64,000 bases of DNA, from contig NMRA01000855.1 in assembly GCA_002633005.1 (NCBI GenBank), positions 5,129 through 69,128 of the forward strand, written 5' to 3'. The stretch is from Phoronis australis (lineage: Eukaryota > Animalia > Phoronida). Position 1 is the stretch's first letter; each line of letters starts with the position of its first letter. Made by a program: the position numbers and the translations under genes. Positions 25,801 to 39,324 of this stretch are shown piece after piece. The notes below the pieces were generated by a model. It saw only the letters and a list, made by a program, of their open reading frames with translations. It was not told the origin of the DNA and made no database searches.

Positions 25801-28800
25801 AAATTTCACTTGTGCTTTAAATAAGTGAATAACTACTTTAGGTCCAGCGACTTCACCTGCAAATGTCAAATACAACATGAGTGGACTCACGAGACAGCAG
25901 GCACTGTTTTGTAAGCCAGAGGTGTCCATGTATTTTGGGATCAGAGGCTTCCAGTAGATGGGCATTCATGAAGACAAGGAGGCTTTAAGGACCAGATAAA
26001 CTAGAAATGAACACAATGGGCTATCAAAAGAAATTTTTTTGATAATTTGGCAGAGGGCAATTAGCCCACTGTTGACGTCAACCAGACAGATGTGATATTT
26101 ACTAATTAATTTCTTAGTAGATGGTCTTTTCTTTAACGTAGATTAACATCACAATCCCAATCACTAAATGATCATTTTACACTGCATGTCAAACTCTCTT
26201 AAATAATAATCCAGCACTGCAAAATATTTTGTTTTAGCTGAGCTGAATATCAGCATGTTTATGTATAAAATTATTAGTAAACACAACACTATTTTCGGCT
26301 TATTGTGTAAACACCTTCACCAATTCATTTGGTTGGTCAATTATACAAACTTCAGGGATCTGAATGAACACATGTGTTGTGTGTGACACAACCTTGAAAG
26401 CTGTTAATAATGCCACTGTGGGGAGGTTTAGCAACAAACCAAAAGAATGTTTTACAAAGGCAATGATTGAAATCACTAATACATTAGCAAGTAATTGTAT
26501 GTTCAAACAAACTACAGCCTAGGGGAAGAATGGTTCACTGTTCAGGCTATAGTAACCTGGCCTGTTTCCTTTCAGTCAGCTGGGCTTGATTGCATTATAT
26601 ATATAAGTGGAGCCCCCACATTGGTTACACTGAGATAGAGACTTGTTGTTGACAAGGACAGAGCTTCTTCAGGTAAATCAAGGTAAGTGACAGGCAGCAA
26701 AAACAAGCTACAAATTTTGTTTCAACGCAATTACAGGTAGAATGAATCCTCGTCAACTTTCCTCTAGTATTAGAAACTGCTGATTTAAGGATTCTCCGGT
26801 TGAGTGAATAATTCATATAACGCTGTTTCACAGAAAAAGAAGGTGGAAGTTGTAGACGGTTGTAACAGAAACAATGCCCTATCATAACCACCTCTTTATT
26901 TTATAGAATTTACAAAAGCTTTCAATTTGGTAAAAGATCACTAATTAACGACAAAAATAGTTGCTAAAATTCCCCTATTGTCATTTCTAATGGTTTCTAA
27001 CGTGAATGCTCACAATTTCTCAAATAGTGATTGTCTGATGGTTCATGAAGCACCGGTGTGAAACTTCAAGCTGATCAAGCATTTATTTTGCATTACATAT
27101 CTGTTGAAGATGAAAAATGAAATTCCGCTTGTCCACCATATTGTGCTCTCAAGTGGTAAAGTTTTACCACAATTTACACAAGGACAATATACCACAGTTT
27201 ACAACCAATATTTACTAATTTACTGTAATGTAACTAATTTACTTGTTACTCCAATTTTGAAAAACATGAAGTCAATGTTTTTTGTTTAAACAATTCAGAA
27301 ATACCTTGAAGCAACACCAGTTATTAAGTGTTGGTCAAATTCTTCACCTCATGACACAGCATTGCAGACAAGTGAGATCTCATTTTGTCAAATTTCAGAA
27401 AAAAATTAACAAGAATTTCACTTCCCTGCTAGCCTAGTTTGTATGCGGGTACAGCTGTCTCGCAACACCATTTGGTAAAATGATGAGTATTTGCTGCAAT
27501 ATGCCTTTGCAATTTTACGACTCATTCATCGAAGAATTTTTGTAGTAGGACACTCCCAACTGTGAGTGAGTCTCAGATCAACAAAAAACAATGACCATTC
27601 TTTACTCTACTAGTTGTGCTGCTTATTGTAGACCCCAAGAAAAGACTGCACTTTAGTTTCATTTGTAAAGATCAACTATGAACAGTAACTCAACTGTACA
27701 TACAGTGCGCAACAAAAGCAATCACTCAAATTACCATTTCAGTGGCATGACTGCTTACTTGGTTAACTGGAAAATTACTGGTAATGACTATTATGGGGAC
27801 AAAATTATGATTACAGGACAAATACACTGACAATGAATTTGTCTTCAGCTCAGCTGTCACCACTGGAATTCGGGGTCATTTTGTTTAAATGCTTTTGACT
27901 GGTACTGTACCTACAACAAGAAAAATATACACCCCACAGAGTCAACACATAAAGTCCAATGTGTATTACCAAAACTATCAGTCAAAAATTATTAATGTTT
28001 CAAAACGTATTAGGGATGAGGTAAAACAAAATTGTGCAATTGCACACAATGGTGCGACCACTAGTGGTATTTGCAGGGGTGACCAACATAGACATGAAAC
28101 TAAATAATCTAATTTGTGAATAAAAACAAATCTGGCTAGAAAACACAGGTATAAGGAGGTCATGGCAACCAATAGGCCAGCCACAACAACAACTTTCTAC
28201 CCCAATGAACAACAGGCATGGCACATTTGTTAGCCAAGGTAGGTTAGGTGTATCTATAACTTGATATGACGGTGACCATTCATATGGCTTTGATCAGTAT
28301 CTGAAATCTTGCAAGTAATAAAAAAGTAAATGACATTGTCAAGCCACATAGAAACAATTAAGACCATGGATTGATCAAATATCGGGAGAGGCTTCTCCCT
28401 TAAAATGGGTACGTAGGGATGTGCTGCTTTTTTTGGGCCTCTGGGGTGGGTAATTTGGTTTGAGGTATTGTCGCGGTTAGGTATCTGTAAAAGTTACCTC
28501 TGCTCTATGGTTGCTGATACATTGCCGGGCACCTGACACAAAAGTGGCATTTTACAGGACTTATCATCTATCAAATGTTGTTGTTGGTAACGAGGATAGA
28601 AACCCATCACAGTCATGATGAGACAGATCTTATGACAATAAAAGACCAGATTTGATTTTCAAATCTTAACCAAGTAAATAAGGTGAAACTCAGTTTTAAA
28701 AACTTTAACGTCAACAGAACATAAAAAATTGTGGTGGTCTAACACAAAGGCGTTAGCTTTTTAGAGAACATCCATATGGAATTTGCCATCCCGCGGGCTA

Positions 28801-28806
28801 ACTCGT

Positions 28807-29068
28807 ATTGACAACGTGCCCGCAGGCATGTGCCAAAAATTGCCGAGAGACCCCGTATTGCAGGTGTCAGGTCCTATATCCTTTTGCGGGGAAGAGTTAT
28901 TTGCCTCGCCCCCTTTTGAAGGGTAGTTTTTTGTCTGTTCCACACCTCTTGCGGGGACAAATGGAAATTTAGGCGCCTACTGGGCTCCGCATGGGTCCTG
29001 CAAAACTTGCTGAAAAAGTACTACCTACCCGCAATTTTTGGTACACGCCTGCGGGCACCTTGTCAATA
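28807..29068. repeat. Foldback/MITE-like inverted repeat
   Basis: ATTGACAACGTGCCCGCAGGCATGTGCCAAAAATTGC (~28807-28843) is the near reverse complement of GCAATTTTTGGTACACGCCTGCGGGCACCTTGTCAAT (~29031-29067). Confidence 0.65.
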
Positions 29069-29444
29069 GGAGTGACCACCCTTCCTTCCCAGGTTTGTAG
29101 TATTATGCATACTACATTCCAGGAGTTGATAAACACTACTGGTATTACAGTTACAATAGGTAAATTGAGTCTTTATGTTATCTATTGTCACAATTTCTAA
29201 AAATAATGGTTTCCTTTTTTGTCACAGTTCCCCCTCGCGAAAGCTGGTTTTTCCATCTGGTCTTGATTACTTTGACTTTCACTAATTCAAGTACCACCCA
29301 GCAGACAAAACCTGGCAACTAAATCCAGTGCTAACACATCGGTTGTACTCGAGGATAACTTTTAGAGCAGAGTAGAGGTCAGTGGACATAACGCATATCT
29401 GACCTGCGTTGCCTCAGTGAGTGAAGGGGGCAGCTACATTTTCT

Positions 29445-29623
29445 TATTGGTTCGATATAAAAGCTCGTGCAGCAGAACGACATCCACTTTCACATGACAT
29501 TTACGAAAACACAGGAAAATAAAATGAACGAGCATCAGGACACCCCCCTACCAGTCGTTGACAAAGAACTGTAGAGTACAGTTCGAAATGTTCGAACTTC
29601 TAATCCCCGGTCTCCGAGTAAGT
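29445..29623 (+). promoter_or_regulatory. Candidate TATA promoter and non-coding first exon, possibly of precursor B
   Basis: ATTGG (reverse CCAAT) at ~29446, TATAAAAG at ~29456, then a consensus donor GA|GTAAGT at 29617/29618. The first coding exon of precursor B begins with an acceptor, so an upstream exon is required. Confidence 0.4.
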
Positions 29624-29771
29624 TGATTTTACTTATAAACAAATCTTCACCCAGACCATGAAAAAACCTTTTTCAATCGAATGATCATCAGTTGGGTGGA
29701 AAGCTAGTACTGCGCTGCACGTTTAACGCAAAAGAAATTAGGAACTCAAAAAGTTGTGTGTACGGGATTAT

Positions 29772-30014
29772 CTGGGTTTGGTATGACCATTGACAAAAAA
29801 GAGGAAAATTTTCCAAGTGATGTATAGTTCCGCAAATAAATAGGTGTGATAGAAATATTTATTGTGTTGTAAAATTTAACTGAAATAAATGTTTTTGCAT
29901 GAATAAAATGAAAAATCATGAAAAAAGAGAGGAAAAAAGAAGGAGCTGGAAACCAAATAAGAGGAAATCGAAACCAAACAGGAAATCCTCTTGAGAGGAA
30001 AGTTCCAAGCCCTG
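29772..30014. mobile_element. ~240-bp hAT-like MITE (other copies ~59772-60007 and 60213-60452)
   Basis: TIR-like CAGGGCTTGGAA...TTCCAAGCCCTG ends, with shared internal GACAAAAAAGAGGAA and GGAAATCGAAACCA. No intact 8-bp TSD seen. Confidence 0.6.
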
Positions 30015-33000
30015 AATTCTCCTCTTATTGTGCATGAAATAATTACCAAAATTGTCATTTTCCATTTTTCAAAGTTACATAACTTTGCTACAAACAGTGA
30101 AAATTCACCAAATGTTGTTTCATGATAACACCGCAGTACAAAGTAAGATAGTTATAGACTAAAATTTTCTTAATTTTCGTTTTTGTGAAGAAATTGGACA
30201 AAATAGAATTTCCCTTGCCGGCCATATTATGTGCAAAATTAAGTGAAGAATTACGGTACGGTAAAGTCGCTCGATTTTCGGACGGCCCGCCATTTTGGGA
30301 AAAGAACAAGTATTTCCGAAATGAGTTTTTCATAGTCCACGAAATTCCTACAAGGTCCAAAAACTGCTTTTCAATGATCCTCGAACTTCGGACAATGTCA
30401 TAAACATCGGATTTCTGTCCCGCGACTTTCAGACATGGAAAATTTTAGAAACCCTAATTTCGGACTGACGCAACTCTCCTGTCACTAACGTTCAATGGAT
30501 GATTACTTGTCTATAAGGATTGAATCCGAGAATTGGTATAACGAGCTCTGTAATTTTTTACCTAGTCCTGACAATGTCACGACCGCTACTCGATTGTCTT
30601 ACGTTTAGCTTGTGTTTGGCGTTGTATCTATGAAAAGAATCACCGAGTCCCGCATGACGAAAATTTCTGATGAAAATGGAAATCGGAAATACACCCAAGG
30701 TTGCAACTTTTCGTTGTAGCGTTATATGTGCTCTGGTTTAATTAGACAGTGCTGTTCGACTTCCGACTGTGACACTGAACTTGCACGCCTGACATCAAGT
30801 TGCGTATTTACGAAACTTTATTTTTAAAATGTCCTGGTCTTTGCAAATGCCCTTGCCAGTGGCTAAAATCTCCCGACGGCTTGTCCGGATGTTATCCTTT
30901 TTACGAAGGGAAATATTTTTACGGGCCCCCATACACAATACAGCCAAGTCTGCCCGTCGGATATCGAGCATTCAGGACATTCTTATGATTCTAAAAATAC
31001 TCATTGAAGCACACCGTTTGCAGTGCTATCGTGGGCACATTTCAACGCTCCGCGTTGCTCTTGTTGACAACTGTATTTATATCTACTTAACCCCTAATTG
31101 CAAGGTCACAATTTGGCGTGTATAGTCCTCTTTTAAACTCGACAACAATTGGACTAATGCTGTGCTTCCGAATGGAATTTTTTTTTCTCAAAAAAGTGTC
31201 ACGCCTGTTTCTATCTTTAGAGTTCCTGTGCGGATTTTCATTTAATTTTCCCGGACAGTGTTCTTAGAGAGAAGACATCTTGTTTTGGATAGATTCAATG
31301 TATTCTGTGCCATTTAACGACATTAAAACCACTACTGAAATTGCATTGTAGTCATGGGTGCATTTCAACGCTCCATTTAGCTCTTCTTTACAAGCAGCGG
31401 GTTCAATGAAATGTGGCGTGTGTTCAGTAGACGCTAGGACCTACGCTAAAACCTAGTCAAAAAGTCACGTGTTCTCATATAAAATGCACGACAATATCTC
31501 ACGTAATCTCGCGAAGTCTTGCTTTTTAGCGAGGTCCTAGCGTTACTGAACAGGAGCCTGGTTTAAAGTATCCAAGGCACCCCACTGTGTTGAGCTGGGT
31601 TAACCTAACAAAGAAACTATTGAATTGCTTCAATGGAACTGTGATCATGTGGGTACAATTGAGAAAGCACATGTTCTGATGGTCAGGAACCCTCTTTGTG
31701 CGTCGAATACGCAAGTCCAGCTTTTTATTGGGAAACATTGAAAAAGCACTTCGGGGCACTCTTTGTGCGTTGACAACGCAAACTCAACATTTTTTATTGA
31801 AAAAACACTTTTTTACAAAAGAGAATGAGTTGTCTGGAACGTTTCATGTGCGTCAACAATGCAAACCAAACCAACTCATTGGAAAGCCCATATTTGCCAC
31901 CAGGAACACTCTTTTTTCACAACGCAGCCCGACATTTCAAGTGAGATAGCGCATTTTTGAAAAAAATCCGTCACTTACCGAGAAAGGTTTTTGAGCATTG
32001 GCAATGCAAGCCAAATACTTCATATTGAGAAAGCACATTTTTGAAAAGAAATACCAACACTTGTTGGGAACATTCTTTGTGTGTTGACAACACACATTTC
32101 TTATTGGGAAAGCCAGTTTTTCAAAAATTAATGGCGCAGACCATTTGAGTCTCATTGACCAGGATGCTATCAAATGATCGAGACAGCAATCTTGATACTA
32201 CGACCCCTCATTGAAATAATGTACACCCAAATAATGTACACCCACGAAATTCGGACACGAGCAGAAACCCAAATTTGGATTCCGCCAAATTCGGACACCA
32301 CAAAAATGATGTTTCACGAGATTCGTCCAAAATTGATTTTTTTCTATAATTGTAATTAATTTTGAATGTCCAAAAATCGCGCGACTTTACCAGACATGTT
32401 ATGTGAGCATCAGCATCTAGAAGCGAAATTTCTAAAAAGTTGGAAATCTGATTTATTTTGTCCTTGGCCTAAATTGAGTTTCCTCAATGAGTTGTTCTAG
32501 TGAAGTAATTTGCTAAAGCTAAAATCTCTGTGGTAAAAGTAACAAAAGTATCGCATATGATATGAAATAAACATGTTGTGTTAGTTTGCCATGCATACCA
32601 ACACCTTCGGGCTCAACAGTAAAGTGATTGCTTTTGTCATTCTCCCATGTCTAAATTTGAATCTCTCATGAGAACTCCAGATACCTCACTTCTGAAATTC
32701 ATCCACTATGTTCTAAAGCGACAAGTTTAAACTATCCAGTCTGTAATGCACCTGACAATGTACTACCTTGTATATGTTATACTTTGGGCCTATGGCCATA
32801 TTTCAATAAAAATACACATAGAAATAAACAGCCCACAAGGATCATTAACACAAATTTATTTTCAGCTAAATACACCTCTGGTCATGATTCAATCCTATGT
32901 CAAAAATACAGCTATTAGTGAAAGTTTATCTCCATCGGAAATAATGAGAAATCAAGCCCGCCGTAACTAGGAGTAACCACAGTTATATTTAGCAGCAAAC

Positions 33001-35573
33001 TCTTCCTATTGCTAATAATATCCATGTACATCAACCTTAGACGTCATTTGTTGCCTTCCAAGCAATTTTTGAATAACTATTGAATTTAATCTATTCTAAA
33101 CTGCTAAAAGATTTCATGGAATACTTATTGCTGAAGGGATATATTCCATACCACAATAGGCATTAGTTGATTGAGACATAGTCAATTTAACCGCGCCATC
33201 AATGAAGCCAGCTAACAAGAGGTACTGACAGTCAATGAAGACCATTTTGTTTGGTTTATCAATGTTCAACTATAAAACCAGCTCCAACAGAAAATTCTGT
33301 ATGTAGAAAGCGACATGGTGAATTAACAGCACGTCACCATGAAATGTGGCAATAGAATGGTCAATTCCAAGTTTGTATTTTTGTAGTGAAATTTGATAAG
33401 CACATTGGTCCTTCTCAGAGCTAAATGCATGTTAAATGTTATCCATAAACCACACAATAAGTCATACAAGGAAAATTCAGGAGGTAGAAAACCATTGATT
33501 CAGCCTGAAAAATCTCATCATTGCAATAAATGCCAAGTTTCCAATACTAGTGTCAATGTTTTGAATTTAGCTTGCCTATGAAATTTCGGTGTTCAATAAG
33601 GTTTTAAACAATATCTGTTCAGTATTAAAAATTGGGAAGGTTTCTTATTGAATCATTCAATGGCAAGGCTTGCAGTCATCCTCCTCAAGATATACAAGCT
33701 CTGAATGACATGTTCTCACTGTTGAAAATGAGAGAAAGAGATTATTCAGACATAAGTAGGTCTTAAGACATGTACAAAATTTAATCCACTCTGAGGGGCT
33801 TGTAACCTCAACTTATCAAATTTGACATCCCATGACTAAACGTCTCTAACACAGGTGTTAAACCTATATAAAATATGAATGAATTTAATTTGGAAAAGAG
33901 TGTCTCAAACGGACAAGCACTAACAAATGGACCCAAGTCTTAGACATCAGAAGATAGAAATTTAGAGAAGCAAAACTGGTGCACAAAAGCCATCAATAGG
34001 CATCACTCAGAGTTCTTAGGTATTTTTGAAACATGCTCTGAGTCATACTCACAGACAGTAAAAATGAACTGGAAATATAAGTTGGTATAGTGTTTTCCAA
34101 GACACTCAAGGCCACTGCAATATTTCAGTCTTCTGCGAACAACCATAAGGGGTTCATCAACTTATGAACACATACAATTGGCAAATTTTTGGAAAATAAA
34201 TTTCTCAATTTTGTGATATTCAAATTTTTCTGCTTTTAGTAAATTCAAACTTGGCAAGCATTTGATACATCTCTTGCAGTATGCGTGATACTGGGGTATT
34301 ATTGTATACTGAAGCTTGCTGACAAACAAGGATTCATGCTAAATTTTATCCAATATAAATCTTGCAGCGACGTAATGAAAAACGCTTCATATCTAGATGG
34401 CAACGAGAGTAGCTGGTGCACAGCGTTATGCATACTTGTATGAGGATTTATTGCAGTGGAATTTCCAAACATTTGAATCTTTACATATCACTGTGTCGCA
34501 TACTGCCACAGTTGCCTGAAGGGGTATGCAAATGGTGTACACATACACTCTGTCTATAAACATCCATGAATGAATGAATGAATGACATTTCATTTTGTCC
34601 TTGTCACCTCAGACAGTCTTGAAAATGTGCACTCAAATCATGCGGCATTGTAGGTGAAAGCTGCGTTTTGCTGTATTTAGGCAACTAAATATCCAGAAAC
34701 CAAATCAGGCCTATTACTCTCATAAAATGGGTCTAATATTCCATATAATGATAGGTCTCTATTTCCGTTACTAACAATATCAAGACCCTTAAGTTGAGAA
34801 AATGCTTTAGAGTGTATTGGCTTGGTCAATCCTAACATTGCAAATTCAAATGTGGGACATGCACACATTGCCTGTGGGTGAAGCTGTCACCTTATTGGAC
34901 AACCATTCAAGATCACACAAGCATGGGAATGCTTTTATACCTCAAAAGGCTGTTGTTGACAGCTTAAACAGTGTCAAAATGACCAGTCTGAGCCGGGACT
35001 TTGAAAGTGAGTCAGGCAAAAGACCACAATGCGAATTACATCTTTCCTATATTGCACCATATTTATCTTCAAAATTTCAAAAGGTTTGTGAAATACAGCA
35101 CACTAATCCAAGACTCTGTATTCAAGAGGGCCCACATTTTATTACTGACCACCAGGGACATAATCTCTGATTGACCACTTGCATGGCAGGCTTTGCGTAA
35201 ACTAAGAATTTTATAGTAGAATCGTGCCACAGGATTGGTTAAGCTTCGAGTCCAGAGTCTTAATCAAATCAGAGATCCTCTGGACCCTGACAGCTGCTCA
35301 CCTGTGTGGGTGCATAGTTCACAACCAGAATGTATGGAATACATTTTTTTCAGCTGGCAGAATTGTTTCACTTAGCACTAGAAAGGTTATCCACAGTGAT
35401 GATTGATAATTACTTCTCTCTAATTCCCTTCCATGACGTCTTAAGTTTGGATACAAAACTCTGATAAGACTACACAAAATCACTACAGCCGTCAATGACT
35501 ATTTTAATATGGCAGTAAATCAATGAGTTAATATTCATCAGCACGCTCGTTTTCAATAATTTCCAGGTCCGAG

Positions 35574-35685
35574 ATGGTTACAGTGAAAATAGTCCTCCTT
35601 GTTCTATGTGGAGCAGTTCTTACTATGGCTAACTTCCACAATTTGAAGAGCAGTGACCATGACCAAGGCTATAGGCGATTATCAG
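35574..35685 (+). CDS. Neuropeptide-like precursor B, coding exon 1 (signal peptide)
   Basis: Acceptor TTTCCAG ends at 35566 and ATG is at 35574. Encodes MVTVKIVLLVLCGAVLTMA (signal-like), then NFHNLKSSDHDQGYRRLS. Donor CAG|GTAGG at 35685/35686, phase 1. Confidence 0.8.
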
Positions 35686-36042
35686 GTAGGGCAAAGTGTT
35701 ATAATGATAATGGGCCAGTGTACCTACTTTACAACACATATATGGTAAAGTTTCTTCAAATTTAAACACAGTATGGCAGCACAGTAAAATTTTATTTTAA
35801 CAAAAATTTTTAAAAGAGAACAAATTTACTTGATTATTTGAAAATGGATGTAATCAGCAAACACACGGTGAAATTTAGAACATTTCTGGCATACAATAAG
35901 CATTCAAAAATTACCATTTTGGCCAGTATTTGTGTTCAAAATGAGGAAGTTTTACCAGAATAGGGACTGTTGCAGCTAGAGTATACTTTAGCACAACTTT
36001 ACCTCAAACATTCCAAAATAACAGTTGAAAGGTCTTGAGAAA

Positions 36043-36212
36043 TTCATTCAAGACGCTTTGAAGATTAGGCATAATTATTTGTTTGTAAACTAGTCAGAAG
36101 TTGTCAGTTTTACCTTGAGTGTGTGCATTATATTATGTTATGGTCTTTAATTGTTATATGGTGACTGAGTAAGCCCATTGAGGCTGGGGGATGTGGTGAA
36201 TATTCTGTATTC
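36043..36212. repeat. Dispersed repeat; inverted copy at ~57842-58011
   Basis: TTACCTTGAGTGTGTGCATTATATTATGTTATGG and GGTGACTGAGTAAGCCCA occur reverse-complemented at about 57875-57946. Confidence 0.7.
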
Positions 36213-39200
36213 ACTGGCACCCTTATGTCATTATAACAAATACACTTTGCGTATGCTGTAACAATGCCTATTAGAGTAGTTTCCTCAACAAAAAATAATG
36301 GCCAAAACGGTATGTTTTTCCATTTTCCACTGCCTTGTTAAAAATACAGTTACAGTTCACTATTCCACCAGACGGTGTTCCACATAGAGAAAACTTAACC
36401 CTAAAAGGACATAACTACTGAAAACACCTGCGAATTTTGAAGGACAGAAAACCAAAAATTAAGGTAACTTTCTTCTATAAGTTTTAAGATCAACACAAAA
36501 GAGAAATTCAAAGTAGTGTGTATTCGTAACAATGCCTGTTGAAAACTGGAAACCTCTCCTGATCTTTGGTGAGTGGAAAACTGAAATTTGGTATGCTATT
36601 CCATCATAAGATTACCATGGATAGAAAAGAGAAATTCAAATAGCAAATGTTCAGTGTTTCATGTCGTCACCAGCAGTCCACCTGTTCTTGTTTTTCAAAG
36701 ATATTTTCATTTCAGAAGTTTTTGCTTTAATTAATTACAGCATCCAGTTCTGCTGAAATTCCAATCGTCACAAACCCCATTTTTATGAACTGCAATTATT
36801 GATCAGTTTTGGTTACTAACCTGCTACTGAGTCCTTTGGTTTTTGTGCAGTGAAATTCTGTGTGCACAGCTCAGGAGATTACAGTGCCGTTGTATTTCCT
36901 TAATTTAGAAGAATATAATACTGATCATTGAAATTTTTTTAATCACAATTCTTAACAAAAAAAAGGAAGAAACTTTACTTCAATCATTATTTGCTCAAAA
37001 TACATTGTTATTGACAAGCACATGATGAAATGTTGAGCATTTTTAACAATACTATTAACTGTGTTAGTGAATTCTGATTAATTTTATAATTATTTAGAAG
37101 AGAACCATTCATAGTTACTTGAGGACAAACCAAAACTCACATTTCAACCATAAATACTCCCTAAAGTTATATAGGACTAGCAAAAATGTCCAAATTTGGT
37201 CAATTTTGGAACATCACATCTCACATATGGCTGATAGGATTCATATGAAACTTTCAGGCGCCATGTTTTGTGCACTGTTCTCCAAAACACAGTTAGACAT
37301 TGTTTTTAAAATGTTCCACTTTTACATGAGGTCATCAAAGTAAGACTTATACAAAAATGAAACATTGCTTTTGAGATATAACCTTGAACATGTTTATCAA
37401 ACAAAATTTGGTTGTCTTATTAATATCGTTATTTGCTATGAAAGTATCTTTCACTTTTGTGATATGTTACTGTTAGATATCATCAAATGACCAAATTCAC
37501 CGCAGATTGGCAAACAGCCAACTAGGTATGCTAGTTTCAGAAATATTTTTATTGAGTTATGATCCATCATTTGCAGATATTTGGCTAAATACAAAATTGT
37601 CGATAAGGTCCTAGTACATAACATTTAAGCACAAAATACAGAATCATTTTTATGTCATATCATTCAATATCGCATGAAGTAGTTCCACACTAAAGAGACT
37701 AAACGACCATAATCAATGAAACATAATGTTGTAACACGAGGCATTCAAGTGGGCCACCTGGACAGTTAAATATCGAAACATAATATCACAGGAGAGGACA
37801 ATTAAACAATTCAGCAGCCAACTTGATTTCCACAACATGAATGTTTACCAGTTCATCTGTCCATCAACCCACTGGGCATACATTCCATTCATTGACAACT
37901 TAAATCAGGTGTAGAGAACATTCCAATACAAAATTGTGTATTACATCACTAACTCCATTGCAAGTTTTGTGGAAAGACCACGCACTAAGAACCATAAGCT
38001 AGCTGCACATGCATGGAAGACAGCTGTCACAGAGCAACTAGCACGTAACAGCTGATCGGGCACAAATGTATGTTTTAACACAACTGACACAGAGCAAATT
38101 GGCAGCCATTTTTGATGCCAGTTTGAGAAGTAGTGCGAGTTGCACTCAATCTGTTTCTCTTTCCGTTTCTGTGGTGACGTCAGAGGGTAGGCACCGGGAT
38201 AGTCTCTGGCCCTCCTCCACTCAATCAGTTGCTCCAGTTTCAACTACACGTCTAAACACAACTGGGGCACGGAGGAAAGGGACCATCTTTCAATGGGCTT
38301 GCGCAATAATGTAAATACAGGTGATCTGCTGGTATTCCACGTGGTTTGGGCGTTCGCTATTGGTTATGCGAGCATGCGCAGACAGTCTTCGTGTAAATGG
38401 CACAAGGTGACCCAGTTTGTGATCTAATGTTGTGTAAATGCGACTGAAATTGGAACAAGTCATTCCGTGACATTACTTGCACCTCGACAACTGTTCCCCG
38501 TGTAAAAACAGCAATCTATGACAGAAAGTAGCAGTCTTTAACAAATTCCTGAATTTATCCTTCAACATCGAAGTTATGCATTAGTAGGTGACAAAACGAC
38601 TCATGATTTGTTGAAATCATCAAGACTGGGTTTAGTATCCTTTTAAGAGAAGAAATTTATAACAATGATACATCACTAACTTTGACTGGATGTTGCTTGT
38701 AGGTATTTACACAAGTGCTACTTTCAGTAGAATGTTTGCTTTTGTAAATTGTGATTCCTGTAATTGCAGTCAAGAAGTTTTTCACAATACACTGAAAATT
38801 GTATGAACTGTTACATATACCAGCAAATGGGAATTCTACATAAAACGTGGGTGCTTATAGAGAACTTACAGCGATTTTAGAATGATGAATTTCCCCTAAG
38901 GATGGCTGGATACAAGCTGAACTTATTAATTTTAACTATCTATCACGATTAGGAATAACAGAGAATTTACAAGAACGTTAACAAGATAAAAACGCTATGC
39001 TGTTATGCATTTTGCTGCATTGACAAATCGATGAGATTACTTTTGATGTACTGTGGCTGCGGTATAATTTCATCAATTTAGGAAACATAGAAAACAAGGG
39101 AAATATACTTTCACTTTTAGTAAGTCTAGACAGTGGTGATGGCCAATAGTGAAATGTATCAAATAAACACAGAAAAATGAGGAACCCCAACTGGGAATCG

Positions 39201-39223
39201 AACCACAGGTCTCTAGATAACCA

Positions 39224-39298
39224 GTCCTTAGTAGCTCACTGGTAAGAGCGCTAGCCTGACAATCTAGAGAACTGTGGTTCGATTCCCAGTTGGGGTTC
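39224..39298 (+). mobile_element. tRNA-derived SINE head or tRNA pseudogene within a foldback
   Basis: A-box-like TAGCTCACTGGTAAGAGC, anticodon-arm-like CTAGCCTGACAATCTAG and B-box GGTTCGATTCCC. The acceptor and T stems are imperfect. The 3' part is mirrored by an inverted copy at 39149-39218. Confidence 0.65.
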
Positions 39299-39324
39299 CT
39301 GATTTTCTGTGTTTATTTGTTATA

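Noticed and set aside
39224-39298. Functional tRNA gene
   Set aside because: Acceptor and T stems are mispaired, and it sits in a repeat foldback, so it is treated as SINE-derived.
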